From Okamejei kenojei (lineage: Eukaryota): a DNA stretch of 64,000 nucleotides. The notes beneath the pieces are model-generated. The model saw only the letters and a program-made list of their open reading frames with translations. It was not told where the DNA came from and did no database searches. This document shows positions 1 to 14,224 of the stretch, piece after piece (within the stretch, counting starts at the first letter, position 1; each line of letters opens with the position of its first letter). Location of the stretch: contig CM069132.1 of NCBI GenBank assembly GCA_035221665.1, forward strand, positions 118,854,001 to 118,918,000, in the 5' to 3' direction. Made by a program: the position numbers and the translations under genes.

Positions 1-864
1 TTTGGACACCTAACCTAGTATGTGCTTAGGACTATCCATCAACTGACTTGAAATGATCTCCAACATAATGTCCTATGTAGAACGTTGATAGCACAGAGCA
101 GAAAGGTATTGATGGCCAAGAGTGGAAAGCACAAGACTGAAAGTAAGATTTCCTTTCTCTAAACATGAGGAAATGAATGTGCAGTATGAAAGAATACATT
201 CCAGCATAAGGGAATGAAGACAATTATTGACTTGAAGCACCTCATAAATTTGACAAACACAAAGGAGGCATTTTGAACATTGTGCTCACTGTCCTTGCCA
301 GTTCTATGAACAACTTCAGAGAACATAAATTTTGCCATAATTGTTCCTTCAGGTAAATGTTTTGCTTATATTGCGTGTTATTTTTGGTGTCTTGCACTGC
401 TTTGGGATAGATTTTGTAGATCATTTCCCTGAAACATGGAATGTGTAAATGTATTTTAATTTAAGTTGTGTCACATAATAACACAAGTGATCAGTCTGCT
501 ATGTACATTAAGTGTTTTTATATGCAGCGACTAATATTATTCAACCAATTTCTCTATATTGCTATTAACTAGAACACATGATCATAAGTATTGAAAGAGA
601 AGCCTAAAATAACATTCAGGCTGGTGATGAATCATGTCCATTCTCTCCTCTCCATGGATATTTAAACAAGTCCAGCAGTGGTTTAGCAATGAAGTATCGT
701 TTTCGTGCTTTGCTGCACAGGGCAGAGGGTTACCAGGCAGGTCAGAGGAAAAAGATTCATGTGTGCACTCATGGCAAGAAGAACCACTTCATTTGTGGCA
801 ATACCAGGAACAATTTGTAGGCCCAACTGGCCCTTCAAGCTTGCTACAACCAATCCATCAACAA

Positions 865-1020
865 GGGTTAGCAACAGGCAGCATCCTCTGGAGAGAAGGA
901 ATGGGTGACATTTTGGGTCAAGGTCTCTTCTTCAGACTTCAACTTCAGAAGATGGGTCTCTGCTTTTTGTGTCCTATTTTCAGGTTTAAACAGAGCATCT
1001 GCAGTTCCTTCCCTACAAAC
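865..1020 (-). mobile_element. Short Penelope-derived (pseudo-LTR) fragment with degenerate hammerhead-like core
   Basis: caggcagcatc..tggagagaaggaatgggtgacattttgggtcaaggtctcttcttcagact matches the recurrent short repeat seen at 11633, 14225, 51720 and 61050. Confidence 0.7.
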
Positions 1021-1104
1021 ATAATGGTTGGTCTACCTCAGTGGCCCTTTTCAATCACCATCAACCATATGCCATGATTTCTTCATATTCAGAAATTCTA
1101 TTTG

Positions 1105-1780
1105 AGTGATACAACATGGGAACAGGCCTTTGGGCCCAAACTTAATGCATGCTAAACCAGTGTTAGGCCTATCTAAGCTAGTCCCATTTGCTCATGTTAA
1201 GCCCTATCAATTAATCCTTTCTTACCATGTCCCCGACCATGTACTATTAAATGCTCTTATACTACCGACTGTACCTCCTTTGAGCATTCCAGCTTACCCA
1301 CCAGGCCCTTTGTGTGAAAAAATTGCTCCTCAGATGCTTTTAAATCTTTCCGCTCCCACCTTATACCTATGTCCCCTCGATGCCTGAAGGGGTCAATTTT
1401 TACCAAAAGCCTTCTTTACCATCCTATCCTACCTGTGACAACCATTTCTTGTGATCCAAGTACCAAGTTCTCCTAGATTCTTCTGCTCAACAACAACATT
1501 CTCCCAGGGCCCTAACCAATTACTGCGATGGTTCCCGCCCAGGTTTGCCTTTCCAAAATGCAAACCTCATACTTATCTGCATTAAACACCATTAGCCATT
1601 GCTCAGTTTCCCCTTGTTTGTTATAAAACCACAAATATAACAGGGGCCAGGCACCGATTTCTGAGGAACACCACTCGTCCCAGGCCTCAGTCCAAAAAAC
1701 AAACTTCCTCCACCACCCTCTGCTTCCTTCCAAGAAGCCTATTCTTTATCCAGGCAGCTTGAATGCCATGCAATCTAACG
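1105..1780 (-). mobile_element. Degenerate CR1-type LINE fragment
   Basis: 3' UTR-like motif (aacaggcctttgggccc) shared with other CR1 copies; ORF 1512-1733 has EQWLMVFNADKYEV, like the CR1 RT C-terminal WQMEFNADKCEV. Confidence 0.75.
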
Positions 1781-2553
1781 TTCATGGTTTTGAATTAACT
1801 TAGATGTCTGAGACCCCCATATCCCCCTGAGTAAAATTTATAATAACCAATAATTTCTGGTGTACCATGATTAATATAACAGTCGTGGCTCGAATCCAGT
1901 GTTAATAAGACCAACTACTCCTCACAGGTGCAAACCTGCCATCCCCCAGGAACCTTACCTGATGAATCTTTGCTACACCTCCTCCTATGAAAATATACAG
2001 TAATGCTTCCTTGCAAGGAGACCAAATCTCACTACTACAGATACACTCATCAAGGTCTTGACATCCGCAATGAAACGTCTGCATTCAAATCTTCTCAATT
2101 ATAAAGGCCCACTCGATTAGACAATCCAAATTACCCGATTCGCTCCAAGTACTTTCATTCGACACGGGTGAGCTAGTGGAAGACTGGAGATTGTTTAATT
2201 GTTGTGTCCTCTAATTTAAGAGGGCTGCAAGGAACAATCCAGAACTATAGACCATTGAGCCTAACTGTCTGAGTGTAGGTAAGTTACTGGGAGAGTATTC
2301 TGAGGGATGTAGATATATATGTATTAACATAAGACAAAGCAGATCGGGATAGCCAGCATGGTTTTTGTACATGTCCTCATGAATTTGATTGATTTTTTTG
2401 AAGAAGCACAAAACTGATGAGAGCAAAGAAGTATCAGTGTTTACATGGTTTCAATAAGACATTTGAAAAGGTTCCACATTTTATGCATCTCTGGAAGGTT
2501 AGAATTCGCAATTGGGGGCCAGGGAGACTAGCCAATTGGATAGAGAGTATTAA

Positions 2554-4520
2554 AGAAGGAACTGCAGATCAGGAGAATCAGGGTACAACAAAAGGCAGGA
2601 GAAACTGAGCGGGTGCAGCAGCATCTAAGGAGCGAAGGAGATAGGCCAAGGCGACGTTCAGGTCGCGATCCATCTCAGACTGTTCCAGAGGGATCAGGGA
2701 AACGATAGATATAAAGACGGTAGAATGGAGAGATAAAGAACAATGACTGAAAGATGTGCAAAAAAGTATTGATGAAAAGGGAACAAGCCATTGAAAGCTG
2801 TTTGCTGTTTTGAAAATGAAACTAGTGTGACTAGGTGGGGGAGGGAGATAGAGAGAGAGGGAATGCCAGGGGCCCGAGGCTGAGGGAGAGGTGGGAAGGG
2901 AGAGACGCAAGGGTAACAGAATTGCGAAAATTCAATGATCAAAGCCCTGAGATGCAGACTCCCAAGGCGAATATTGAGGTGCTGTTCCTCCAAATTGCGG
3001 TGTTGCTCACGGCCGCCATGGAGGAGGCCAGGAACAAAAAGGTCGGATACGGAATGGGAGGGTGAGTTGAGTGCTGATGCCACCGGAGAGCGGGTTTGTT
3101 AATGCGACCGAGCGGTAGGAGTTCGGCGAAACAATCGCCAAGAGGGCCTCCGCTTGGTCTCATCACCGATTTAGATCTTCTGGCATCCCTGGAGCAGCGC
3201 AAGCAGTAGATGATGTTGGAGGAGGAGCAGGGGAACCTCTGTCGGACACTGGAAGACTGCTTGGGTCCCTGAAAGGAGTGGAGGAGGGGGGAGTTAAGGG
3301 ACAAGTGTCATTTCTTGCGGTTGCAAGGGAAAGTGCCCGGGGAGAGGGTAGAGCGGGAAGGGAAAGGAAGAATTGACAAGGAGTTTGCGGAGGAGCGTCT
3401 TTTGCGGAAGGCAGACAGGGGGGGAGATGGGAAGATGGGCGAGATGGAGGGGTTCACGTTAGGATGTGGCGAACTGGCGGAGGACTATGTGTTGTATTTG
3501 TCGGCTGGTGGGGTGAAAGGTGAGGACCAGGGGACTCTGCCCTTGTTGCGATTGGGGGAATGGGCGAGAAGGCAGTGTTGCGGGGTATGGAGGAACCCTG
3601 GTGCGAGCCTCATCTATAGTATGGGGGAGGGGAATCCACGTCTCTGAAGAATGAGGAACTTTGTGAGACCTGGTGTGGAACACCTCATCCTGGGAGCATA
3701 TGCGGCGTAACGGAGGAATTGGGATAGGGGATGGGAGTCCTTACATGAAGCAGGGTGGGAGGAAGAGTAGTCCAGGTAGTCTATGGAGTCAGTTGGTTTG
3801 GTAGTGGGATGTCGTCAGAGTGTATCACCTGCAATAGAGATGTGAGGTCAAGAAGGTAGGGAATGTCGGAAATTGTCCAAGTGTATTTGAGTGGCCGGAT
3901 GGAACTGGTGGTGAAATGATGAAGTCAGTCAGTTTGTGTGTGGGTGCAGGCGGTGACAAACCAAGAGCATTCTCGATGTAACGGAGGTAGATGTCGGCGT
4001 GGGCCCTGGTAAGCCGAGAACAAGGATTGGTTCGAGCGAAACCCGACAAAGAGCACGCGTAGCTGGGGCCCATGCGTGTGCCCATATCTATGCCTTGTGT
4101 TTGAGGGAAATGGGAGGAATCAAAAGTTATTGAGGGTAAGGACCAACCTCTGCTAGCGGAGGAGGGTGTCCAGTGGAATGGGTAGGGTTTGCCCTATGGT
4201 CGAGGAAGACCGAGTGGCTAAAGAGACCTGACCTGGTGGGGGGATGGAGGCGTAGAGTGACTGGTCCGTCCATGGTAAGATGAGAGGATCGGGGCCCTGG
4301 AGAATGGAATGTTGCGGAGCCGACGGAGAGTGTCTGAGGTTGTCTTGAACATAGGTTGGGGGAGGGATTTAAACAAAGGGGAAAGAAGGAGTCAAGGTAT
4401 GTGAAAATGTGTTCGGTGGGCACGAACAGCAGAGACCAATGGTTCTGCAGCGCAGTCAGTTGTGGATTTTGGGGAGAAGGTAAAAATTTTGGCCGTGTGG
4501 GGCTGATAGAGAAATGGCTT
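2554..4520 (-). mobile_element. Penelope-like retroelement (RT + GIY-YIG endonuclease), frameshifted
   Basis: ORF 3825-4085 has MGTRMGPSYAC and YLRYI (PLE RT motifs). ORF 2939-3304 has QRFPCSSSNIIYCLRCSR (GIY-YIG region). GQNFYLLPKIH near 4460-4490. pLTR-like end at 2554-2700. Confidence 0.9.
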
Positions 4521-4559
4521 CATGGAAGGCAAGCAAAGGGTGATGGTGGAAGGTTGTTT

Positions 4560-5190
4560 TTTTGAACGTGAGGCCTGTGACTAAAGGTGTGTCCCTCAGG
4601 GTCAGTGCTGGGCCCTTTGCGGTTTTGTGGTTTAATATCAACAATTTTTTTTTTGGATACTAATGTATGGCATAAATAAGATTTGCAGATAACGAAACAC
4701 AAAAGTGTGAGGCATCGTAGATAGCGAAGATGGTTAACAAAAATTGCAGCGGGATCTTGATCAGTTAGGCAGGTGATACTGAGGAACGGTAATGGAGTTT
4801 ATCACACAGTGACATAGGCAATGACCCTGGGGAGTGTTGAAAGAGAAATAGGGATCCATCGGAGTGCTAGTTGCATAGTCCCGTTGAAGTACATTGTGCA
4901 TTCAGCACATTGCCTTCATTCAGACAGAATTTTTCAGTGTAGAAGTTTTTGGGGCAAACATGTTATGTTGCCGTTGGTTGAAGATGTCGGTGGACTTGCA
5001 TTTGGAGTCTATTGCGTTCAGCTTTGGCACCCTGTTAATAGAAAGATTTAAGGCTGAAAATGGGTGCAGAGAGGATACATGATGCCGTTGCCAGTACTCA
5101 AGGGCCTGACTAGGGAGAGGTTGAGCATGGAAAGGATTTTTCCTTCAAGTGTAGGAGGAAGAGGGGTGATCATGTGGAATCAAATTAATC
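4560..5190 (+). mobile_element. Highly degenerate CR1 RT fragment
   Basis: agatttgcagataacgaaa (FADD-like); HLESIAFSFG and VQLWHP resemble CR1 HLEYCVQFWSP. Confidence 0.65.
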
Positions 5191-5269
5191 TTGGAGTTCA
5201 ATCCTACTATGAGTGTCAGTACAGTCTTTGCAACCCTGCTGTTATGACAGATGCCATACCACAATAATC

Positions 5270-5830
5270 TTGCAGTCTAGGTTGGGCAGAGCAGTTGCCA
5301 AATCCAAGTTAAAATGCATCCCGAAGGAATGCTTTCTAGTTAAAGGTTATTATTGCAGTGTACCAAGGTAACCCAGAAAAACTTTTTTTTGTGTACAATC
5401 AAATCGGATAAAGTATAAAAATCCAATCAAAGCAAACTCAAGTACAATATAAGATTTACAACACAACAGAGTGCGAGACATGTAACAGTAGTTCTCACAA
5501 AGAGGAGATACAGGTGCAGAATTTAGTTCTCCAGCATTATTACACTCCATTTTTTCAGAGACAAAGCCCAATGTCTGCATTGAGGCAGAGGTGGAATTTG
5601 GACAGTACCCCTGTCTTAACTTGGAAGGCCATATTTTTTCGGAAGCCAGAATAAGATGGAAGGAAGCTGTTCCCTGAGTCTGGTGGTGTGCCACATACAA
5701 GCTTCTGTATCTTCGACCTGATGGGAGCAGGGAGAAGCGGTGAATGGCCCATGGTGGGACAAGTCTTTGATTATGTCGATTGTTTTTTTCTATGCAGTTG
5801 TGAAAGTGTAAATGGTCTCTGTGATGGACT
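5270..5830 (-). mobile_element. Rex1/L2-type LINE 3' end
   Basis: ORF 5350-5916 contains HRFSLLPSGRRYRSL, typical of the Rex1/L2 ORF C-terminus, followed by a 3' UTR with an aataa-type tail near 5345. Confidence 0.75.
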
Positions 5831-6979
5831 GGTTTGGCAGACCTCTCCCAATCCAAGTTTACAGTATGCAGAAATTGGTAACAGTCATTGATATTCCAAT
5901 CTGCAGTAACCCCCAAGTTCTTTGCTTCCTGTTCAAAAGATATTATCTATCCATGTCAGTATATTATTTCAACTCCAAGTGGAATCTGACCACATTGACC
6001 GACCTCCCCGTGTGAGTTTTTATTGAAAGCCCTTTTGAGAATCCAAATACTCCCACATCCATTGTTTCCTCACCCTTCTATCCTACGGTCACATTCCAAA
6101 GAAACTAATCAGTAGTAACTCAAACTGGGTTTTTATCTTTTCATACATCCATACTTACTCATCTTATTCTTACGTTTCTTTTTCGAGGATTTCTGTTATT
6201 TACATCTTTCATTAGGGATTCCAGCTAATGCTCACGTAATAGGTCAATATTATTCCTTGTTTTCCATTTCTTTTCTTAAATAGTGGCTCACATATGCTGC
6301 TTTCCAAACCCAGACACAATTAACAAATCTATAAATGACAATCAGACATTTGCGATTTGTAAAGCTCTTCTTTCAAAACCAGTAAGTAATTCACCAAATA
6401 TTGGTATCATTTTCAATTGCTACTGTACCATATTTTTGAAAATAGTTCCTTTATTTCATCATTCGAGAGGCAATCCTTGATTCTTTAATATATATGGGGA
6501 GATATGCGAATTGACTAAAACCGTTGCAAGTGTAATGTGTCCAGAGACAACATTCAGGATTGACAGGCCCTGCCGGAAGATTTAAATTGCTTGGATTTAC
6601 TGTGACATGGCAGTTTGGATTAGAACTAAGTATTAACTATAGAAGACATAGTTAGTGGTGAATGGTATGATTCTGGCAGGATGTTTGAATGTCCTCTAGG
6701 GATCAATGGTGGAATTAATGTTGTTTGTGATATTATATAAATATGACTTGGACAGAAATGAGATAGGTTGTGTAGTAAGGAACTGCACATGCTAATTTAT
6801 ACCAAAAGAATGACCCCAAATTTCTGGATAACTCAGCGGGTCCAACAGCATCCCTTGAAGACAAAGATATAGGTGACGTCTCAGGTTGAAACATTTCTTT
6901 CAGATGGATTGATTAGTAAGTTGATCAATGACATGAATTGGTATATTCGTGGACGTGAAGAGGTTAACGCGGGACTGAC

Positions 6980-7410
6980 GTTGATGAAAGATGGCTTATA
7001 TTCACTGGAATTAGAATGATGAGAGGGGATCTTATAGAAACATATATACAATTCATAAGGGATTGGATGTTGATTAGTAAATTGACAAGATGTGTTATGT
7101 TATTTAGAATTGTAAGAGGAATTTGGTAGAGCTAGTCACACCACACTTGACTGAAATTAAAGAATGTTATCACCCAGAAGTTGTGAATCTTTGAACATTC
7201 TCTCTGCACAGAAGCAGTGGAGGGGATTCACTGAAATTTTTCAAAAGAGAGTTAGATAATAGCTCTTAGGGCTACCAGAATCAAGGATAATGAGGAAAAA
7301 AGCAGGAACGGGGTACTGAATTTGGATGGATCAGCTATGATAATATTGAATGGTGTTCTGGCTTCGAGGGGCCAAATGAACCTATTCCTGCACCTATGTT
7401 TATTTTCTAT
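6980..7410 (+). mobile_element. CR1 LINE 3' fragment
   Basis: gagaggggatcttatagaaac...gcaggaacggggtactg...cctgcacctatgttt, the same 3' end as the copies at 22895-23550 and 42556-44060. Confidence 0.8.
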
Positions 7411-7654
7411 GAGAAGTTCTCACTAGACTTTAATCCCTGGGGAACACAGGAGGATGATGGATGATTTTATAGAGGTGTATAAGATCATGAGTGGAATAGA
7501 TAGGGTAATTTACCAAGTTGGGGAATGAGAACCAGCAGACATAGGTTTAAGGTGAAGAGGGCAACATTTTAATAGGAACCCCTGGGGGGAGGCAGCTGTT
7601 TTATAACAAATGGTGGGAGTATATGGAACGAGCTCCCAGAAGATTGTTCCATTG

Positions 7655-9148
7655 TTTTTAAAAGGGTTCAAAGAATAAACCTAGCAATTAATAGACCATT
7701 AGTTTGACGTCAGTGGTGGGCAAATTAATGGAAGGATACTTAGAGATAATATATATAAGCATCTGATAAACAGGTCTGATCATGGAACAGTCAACATGGA
7801 TTTGTGCCTGGAAGGTCATTGTTTGACAAACCTTCTTGAATTTTTTGAAGCGGTAAACTAGGGAAATTGATGAGGGTAAAGCAGTGATGTTGTCTATATG
7901 ATTTCAGTAAGGCCTTTGACAAGGTTCCCCATGGGAAGGTTTGGTTCAGAAGGTTTCAATCTTGTTGTGTTGTAAGATGCAGTAGCAAGATGATTCAACA
8001 GTGGCTGAATGGGGAAGATGTCAGAGAGTAATGGCGGATGCTGTTTGTCAGTATGGCCGTGTGACCAGTGGGGTGCCTCAAGGATCTGTGTTTTGGGTCC
8101 ACAGTTGTTTGTCATGTACATCAATGTACACAATGATCTGGATGATGGGGTGGAAAATTGGATAAGTAAGTATGCAGATGATACTAAGATAGGTGGTGTT
8201 TGGAGGATAATGAAGTAGATTTTCAAAGTCTACAGAGAGATTTGGGTCCATTTGGAAAAGTGGGCTGAAAATGGCAGATGGAGTTTTTAATGCTGATAAT
8301 GTGAAGTGCTACAACATCTTGCAGGACAAAATCAAAATAGGACGTACAAATGGAAATGGTAGGGATATTGAGGAATGCTGTGGCACAGAGAGATCTAGGA
8401 ATAACTGTGCATAGTTCCCTGAAGGTGGAATCGCATGTAGATAGGGTGGTATAAAGAAAGCCTTTGGTGTGCTGGCCTTTATAAATCAGAGCATTGACTA
8501 TAGGAAAAGAAGTTTGGAAGTAATGTTAAAATTGTACAAGGCATTGGTAAGACGACTTTGAGTATGGTGTACAATTATTGGTTGGTCCGCCTAGTTATAG
8601 GAAGGATGTCACAACAAAATAGAGAGAGTACAGAGGAGTTTTTACTAGAATTTTGCCGAGGGTTCCAGCAACTATGGGTTACAGAGAAAGGTTGAACAAG
8701 TTAGGTCTTTATTCTTTGGAGCGCAGAAGGTTAAGGGGGACTTGATTGAGTTCTTTATTTAAAAAATGATGAAAAGGGATAGACAAGTTGACGTGGGATA
8801 CGTTTTTTCCCATTGGAGGTAGGGAAGTTTCAAACAAGAGGGCATGACATGAGAATTAATGGACAAGTTTTCGGGGGGGGTAACGTGAGGAGGGGAACTT
8901 CTTTACTCAGAGGTGGTGGCTGTGTGTGGAATCAGCTTCCAGCAGAAGTGGTGGAGGCAGGATCGATTTTAACATTTAAGAGTAAAGTGGATAGGTATAT
9001 GGACGTGAAGGGAATGGAGGGGTATGGTCCTGAGTGCAGGTAGAGGACTGGGACTAGGGGAAAACACATGGTCAGCACGGACTGGAAAGGCCGAGAGGGC
9101 GCTGTTTCCGTGCTGTAATTGTTATATGGTTATATGGTTTATATGGTT
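7655..9148 (+). mobile_element. CR1 LINE (RT region to 3' tail), many frameshifts
   Basis: Peptides VLGPQLFVMYIN and ISKYADDTKIGGV; 3' end with (ttatatgg)n tail at 9122-9148; same subfamily as 13560-13840. Confidence 0.9.
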
Positions 9149-10399
9149 AAGAGATGTAGAATAAGCAGGTACAATTACAACATTTAAGAAACATTTAGAC
9201 AGGCTCATGGATAGGAATAGTTTGGAGCGATATAGGCTAAATGCAGGGCAGGTGGAACTAATGTAGATGGAGGAGCATGTTGGTTGGCATGGGCAAGTTA
9301 TGCCAAAATCCCTGATTCCATGCAGTATGCTCTGAGTGGTGAATGTTTGGAATGCATGCATTGCCTGGATAGTGGGAAGTGGATACAATAGTGGTATTAT
9401 AAGAGGCTTTTTTAGATAGGCACATGGATACGCAGGGAATGGAGGAGGGATCTGGATAACAATGCCGGCATAAGGGACTGGTTTAACTTGGCGTCATATT
9501 TGACACAGACATCATGGGCTGAAAAGCTGCTTGTTCCTGTGTTAAATACCGTTCTATGGGGATCACTTGTACTGAGAAAACATCAGATTCATGAAGAAGG
9601 AGCATGGAGAAGCCCTATGAAGAAGGTGAAAAATTGTGAAGAAGATCCACAAACTTCTACCTGCCTACTTCCCACCACCTTTCTGTCCCATGTGTGGATG
9701 GGTCTGTACTCTCCACTTTTACCACCTCATTAACCACCTCAAACCCCACAATGTGGAAGCCTCGTGCCATTCTTGATCCTGTAAGTTAGTCTAATGAAAA
9801 AGGAATATAATCTGCATGGTTGGAAAATATCATTTCTGGAACATGCTGCTGTGAACCCCCCCCCCCCCCCCCCAACTTTTTGGTTCTTAAACTTCTCTCT
9901 CAATCCTCTGCAGATGTTTTTATATAACCCTGGGCTAGCTGATTTTTTCACAGATTGGCTGTAGTTAGCACAACAAAATGTATAAGCATAAATTAATTTT
10001 TTTATTACATACAGAAGAAATTATATGTACCCACCTTGGCTCTCTCAAGTAAAAAGCTGAATTGAATTAAAGCATGTTGCCAAAAGGAAGGGAAAATTCA
10101 TGAGCACGGTAAAAGTGCCAAAGAAAGGCAGTAAATAGCAAAGGCTTTTTAAGATTTGTACCATCCCTGTTTTCCTCATCTAAACGCCTCCCCACAGAGA
10201 CAGAGCATAATTTTACACGCACACGGATGACATTTATATCTATCTTTTCAGTTGCCTTCCTGACCTCTCCACTATTTATTCAACAGCCTGCAAGTTGAGC
10301 GTGGTGAGTTATCTGATTGCTAGGCAGTGAAATGATGATAAAGCACCGATGTTTAGGCACAGCTTCTGGAAAATATGCTACAATGCTGGGTGGCAGAGT

Positions 10400-11220
10400 T
10401 ATCTTTTGAGAGGAGACAGAGGGACTTCAAGGAAATATAAGGTGAAGTAAATGAGGAGGGTCATGGCAGATAGTATATATTGTAGAAAAATATGAGGTCC
10501 TCAAGAAAAACATTAAAAAATGGTTGTATATTTTTCTTCAAAGAGAGATTAAAACATCGTGCTGTTCCGAGATCCTTGGGTGTCCTTGTACAAGATCAAC
10601 TGAAAGTTGACATGCAGGTGCAATAAAAATTTTCAAAGATAAATTGCCTTTTATGGTAAGAGGTTTTGATTTTGGCGTCAAGATGGCTCACTGAACGAAT
10701 TATATATGACCTGCTGTGACCACACCTAAAATATTCTATGCAGTCTGCTCTCCCCGCCTAAGAAAGGATATACTAAGAGTGCGAGTGCAGCAAAATTTGG
10801 CAGCTGGATTGTAGGGATGGGAGATGAGCTGCATGCGGGGAGATGGAGCAAAATGGCCCAATACTCATCTGAATTTAGAATAATAATAAATGATTTTATT
10901 AAAATGTACAAAATCGTCATGGGGCTTGTAAGGATCAATGCAGGGGTGATATTTACCATGGCTAGGGTGCTCAGAATCAGAGATTCACAGGATTGAAAGG
11001 AGAAGAAATGTCTTCCCCGGAGAGAAAGGAATCTTTGGGATTTTTTATCCAAGAGAATCGTGGAGGTCCAGTCAATGAGTGTATTCCAGACAGAGATCAG
11101 TAGAGTTTGGAATATTCAGGGAAGAGATGGGACTCATACAGGACGATGGCACTGAAGCAAAAGATCACTGAGGTAAAAGAAAAAGGCATGGCCCATTCCT
11201 GCTCCTATTTCTTATATTCC
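10400..11220 (+). mobile_element. Old CR1 LINE fragment
   Basis: gaccacacctaaaatattctatgcagtctgctctcc (PHLEYCVQFWSP-like); 3' end cctgctcctatttcttat. Confidence 0.7.
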
Positions 11221-11632
11221 TTGAATATCTTTTGTTTCCTAGAAAAATTCCTAAAATATACTGGTTCTAGTGAAGCCACCCCACTTCCTCAGATTCCTGG
11301 ATTGTTTCTCCAGTGAATATGTGGAAAAACTAAACTATTGATATGCTACAAACCATATACATTTTTCATCTCCCATTCTATCTATGTAACTTCCTCCCTT
11401 TAAGAAGTCTGAAGTCCTACTTCTTGTGCACATCTCATCTCCTGTGCCCTACCTTTGCTTATATTTTGAGTCTGTTTTGCCAACACCTTTTTGGATCCAA
11501 TGTGCCCAAGCCTTCTGCATCAGGCTACCTTGTGACATGTTGTCAAAACCCTTGCTAAAGTCCATGTAAACTACATTTACTGCCTGGGGTTTATCAATTT
11601 CTATTAGTTATCTCCGCAAAGCACACAATCAG

Positions 11633-11747
11633 TCTGAGGAAGGGTCTCGACCTGAAACTTTGCCTATTTCCTTTACTCCATAGATGCTGCCTCACCCGCT
11701 GAGTTTCTCCAGCATTTTTGTCTACCTTCGATTTTCCAGCATCTTAA
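11633..11747 (+). mobile_element. Short Penelope-derived insertion with 8-bp TSD
   Basis: acaatcag at 11625-11632 and 11748-11755 flanks ctgaggaagggtctcgacctgaaac...; it sits inside a minus-strand CR1 remnant. Confidence 0.8.
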
Positions 11748-13559
11748 ACAATCAGATTTGTGAAGCAAAATTTCCACAGCATAAAACCGTTGTTGACTCC
11801 TGATTAGCCCATCTTTCCAAATGAAACAAATCATGAGCCTTCGAATTTTTTCCAATAATTTTCCTACTATTGATGTGATTCACCTGTTTTCCCTGTTTTA
11901 TCCTGGTTTATGCCTACTCCCCGTTTTTGTACATTAGCAAGGCTTCTCATACCTCCATAGCTTATTGAGATGCAACATCTTGTTAGAGCTTCGGTGATCT
12001 GTTCCCTTGCTTCCAATAACTTGCTTCTAATACAGTTACAAAAACAAAAAAATGTTTCACCTTAATCCCGCTTGTCAAGAACATTTTGTGTCTTTTTGCC
12101 CTCATAATTTATTTCATAAGCTCGCTGGGATCAGATGAGAAAGTGAACTGCGGTAAGGGATCAGCCATGATTTCACTAAATGCCATGTGTAAAGTAACCA
12201 TGTGGCTTTCTCCCACTTTAGTATCTTACATTATTGAAACAAGGAACTGCAGAAGTCGGTTTACAAAAAAAGGGACACAAAGTGCTGGACTAACTCAGCA
12301 TCCCTGGAGGACATGGATAAGTGAAGTTTTGGGTTGGAACCTGACCCAAAATGTAATTTATCCTTGTTCTCCAGCGATGCTGCCTGACCCACTGGGTTAC
12401 TCCAGCACTTTGTGTATCCTGGGTTGTTTGGATTAAGCTTTGAATCAGTCTTTCCTTAGATTGTCATCAACTTATGTCGAATTATACCCAAGGGACATTT
12501 TCGGATGATTTTCCATGTTAATGAAGCAACGTACTGTAAATGTAACCTGGGGATGGAACTTGAGGCAGAAGTGAGGGAGAACACTTAAATCAGTATAGGT
12601 TGATAATTAGGAACCAATGGCATAGACTTGAAATGTTTCTCTCCCCATGATTTGAGTGCTTTCTGCTTTTGTTGTAGGTTTGTTATGCTGCATATTAAAT
12701 AACAAATTGCTCAATAGCCCAACAGCTTGCAATTTACTTGCATATTTATCAGAGAATTATTACTAACCTTACTTCCTATCTTCATTTTGCTAATTTACAT
12801 TTATAACGTGTTGGCAAAACAATTATTGCCACACTAGCTCAGGCATGGAACACTGAACACAACTTTATATTATCTGCATTTAAATTTCTAAGGAGCAACA
12901 AAATTCAGCAGTCTGTGGTGACTGATTATCCTCTTTTTTTGTGACTTTCTGACACTCGAGCCTTGTGATTTATTGTGGTAACTGTTGTCATTTAGTTTCC
13001 TCAACTCAACATTAAGTTCCCAATAGTGAATTTCCCTGTAGGAATTCTCCTATGAGATGGGCGTAGAGAGGATCAAGTAAGGTAAGGCAAGTAAAGTATG
13101 TAGAGCATTTGTTGAACCCACCTTCCAATAGCTGCACCCATGGACATGAGACAAACATATCCTGATCTTGAAGTTATTTAACTTTTACCAAATGTCCTAT
13201 TTACACAGGAGACAAGACAAAGGCCTGATGTCATTGGTAAGACCTGTGTATATGGAACGCTGCACTATTGAATACTAATTTGTAGCACTATTAAAGTCAT
13301 AAAGACATAGAAATATACGGCAATGAAACAGGCCATTTGGCACAACCCCTTCACGGGAGCCCTCCCTGCTCATTGACTCTATGACAATTTTCTGTGATTA
13401 ACTATCAGAAATGAAGCCATTTCTGCAATCATTTTTGTTTATTCGAATTGTCTTTTAACTGAATTACTGAGATAGGATTCAAAATAAACCAGGAAGTAAG
13501 ACAGGCTCAATAATTCAGTGGATGATGATCCTGAGAAGAAACTCATGAACAAACTCACA

Positions 13560-13840
13560 AACTTAAGGGACAGAAGTTTAGGGGTAACGTGAGGGGGAAC
13601 TTCTTTTACTCAGAGGGTGGTGGCTGTGTGGAATGAGCTTCCAGCAGAGGTGGTGGAGGCAGGATCGATTTTAACATTTAAAAGTAAAGTGGATAGGTAT
13701 ATGGACGTGAAGGGAATGGAGGGGTATGGTCTGAGTGCAGGTAGATGGGACTAGGGGAAAACAAATGGTTGGCACGGACTGGAAGGGCCAAGAGGGCCTG
13801 TCTCCGTACTGTAATTGTTATATGGTTGTTATATGGTTAT
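13560..13840 (+). mobile_element. 5'-truncated CR1 3' end
   Basis: Clean copy of the sequence at 8860-9148, ending in ttatatggttgttatatggtt. Confidence 0.9.
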
Positions 13841-14224
13841 ACAAATAATTTATTTTTGATTCATTTGTGGTACCTGTTCTGATACTGTTATTTTCGTGGC
13901 ATATGTCATAAATGAAGTGAGACATGTGGAGTCAGCAATTTTTGAATGTTGATGTTGAGGCAGACTTCCGTACAGATCCTCAAAACCAAACACTACCACT
14001 GCTATCAAAAAATAACTGCACCAGAATAAAGAAAACATCAAACCCACTTGTACCAGAAAATTTTGAGTTTTGTTGTCCTGGCAAGGCCACCAGCATAATC
14101 TACTCCCCTCTCCCATCAGGCTAGAGAAGTTTGAAAATGTATACCTCCAGATTCAGGGAATGTTTGATCCCTGCTGTTATCTGGCAACAGTACGTGACAA
14201 AAACTAAACTAAACTATATGTATT

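Noticed and set aside
634-1077. 147-aa ORF
   Set aside because: Runs through a Penelope-derived fragment; no domain or splice support.
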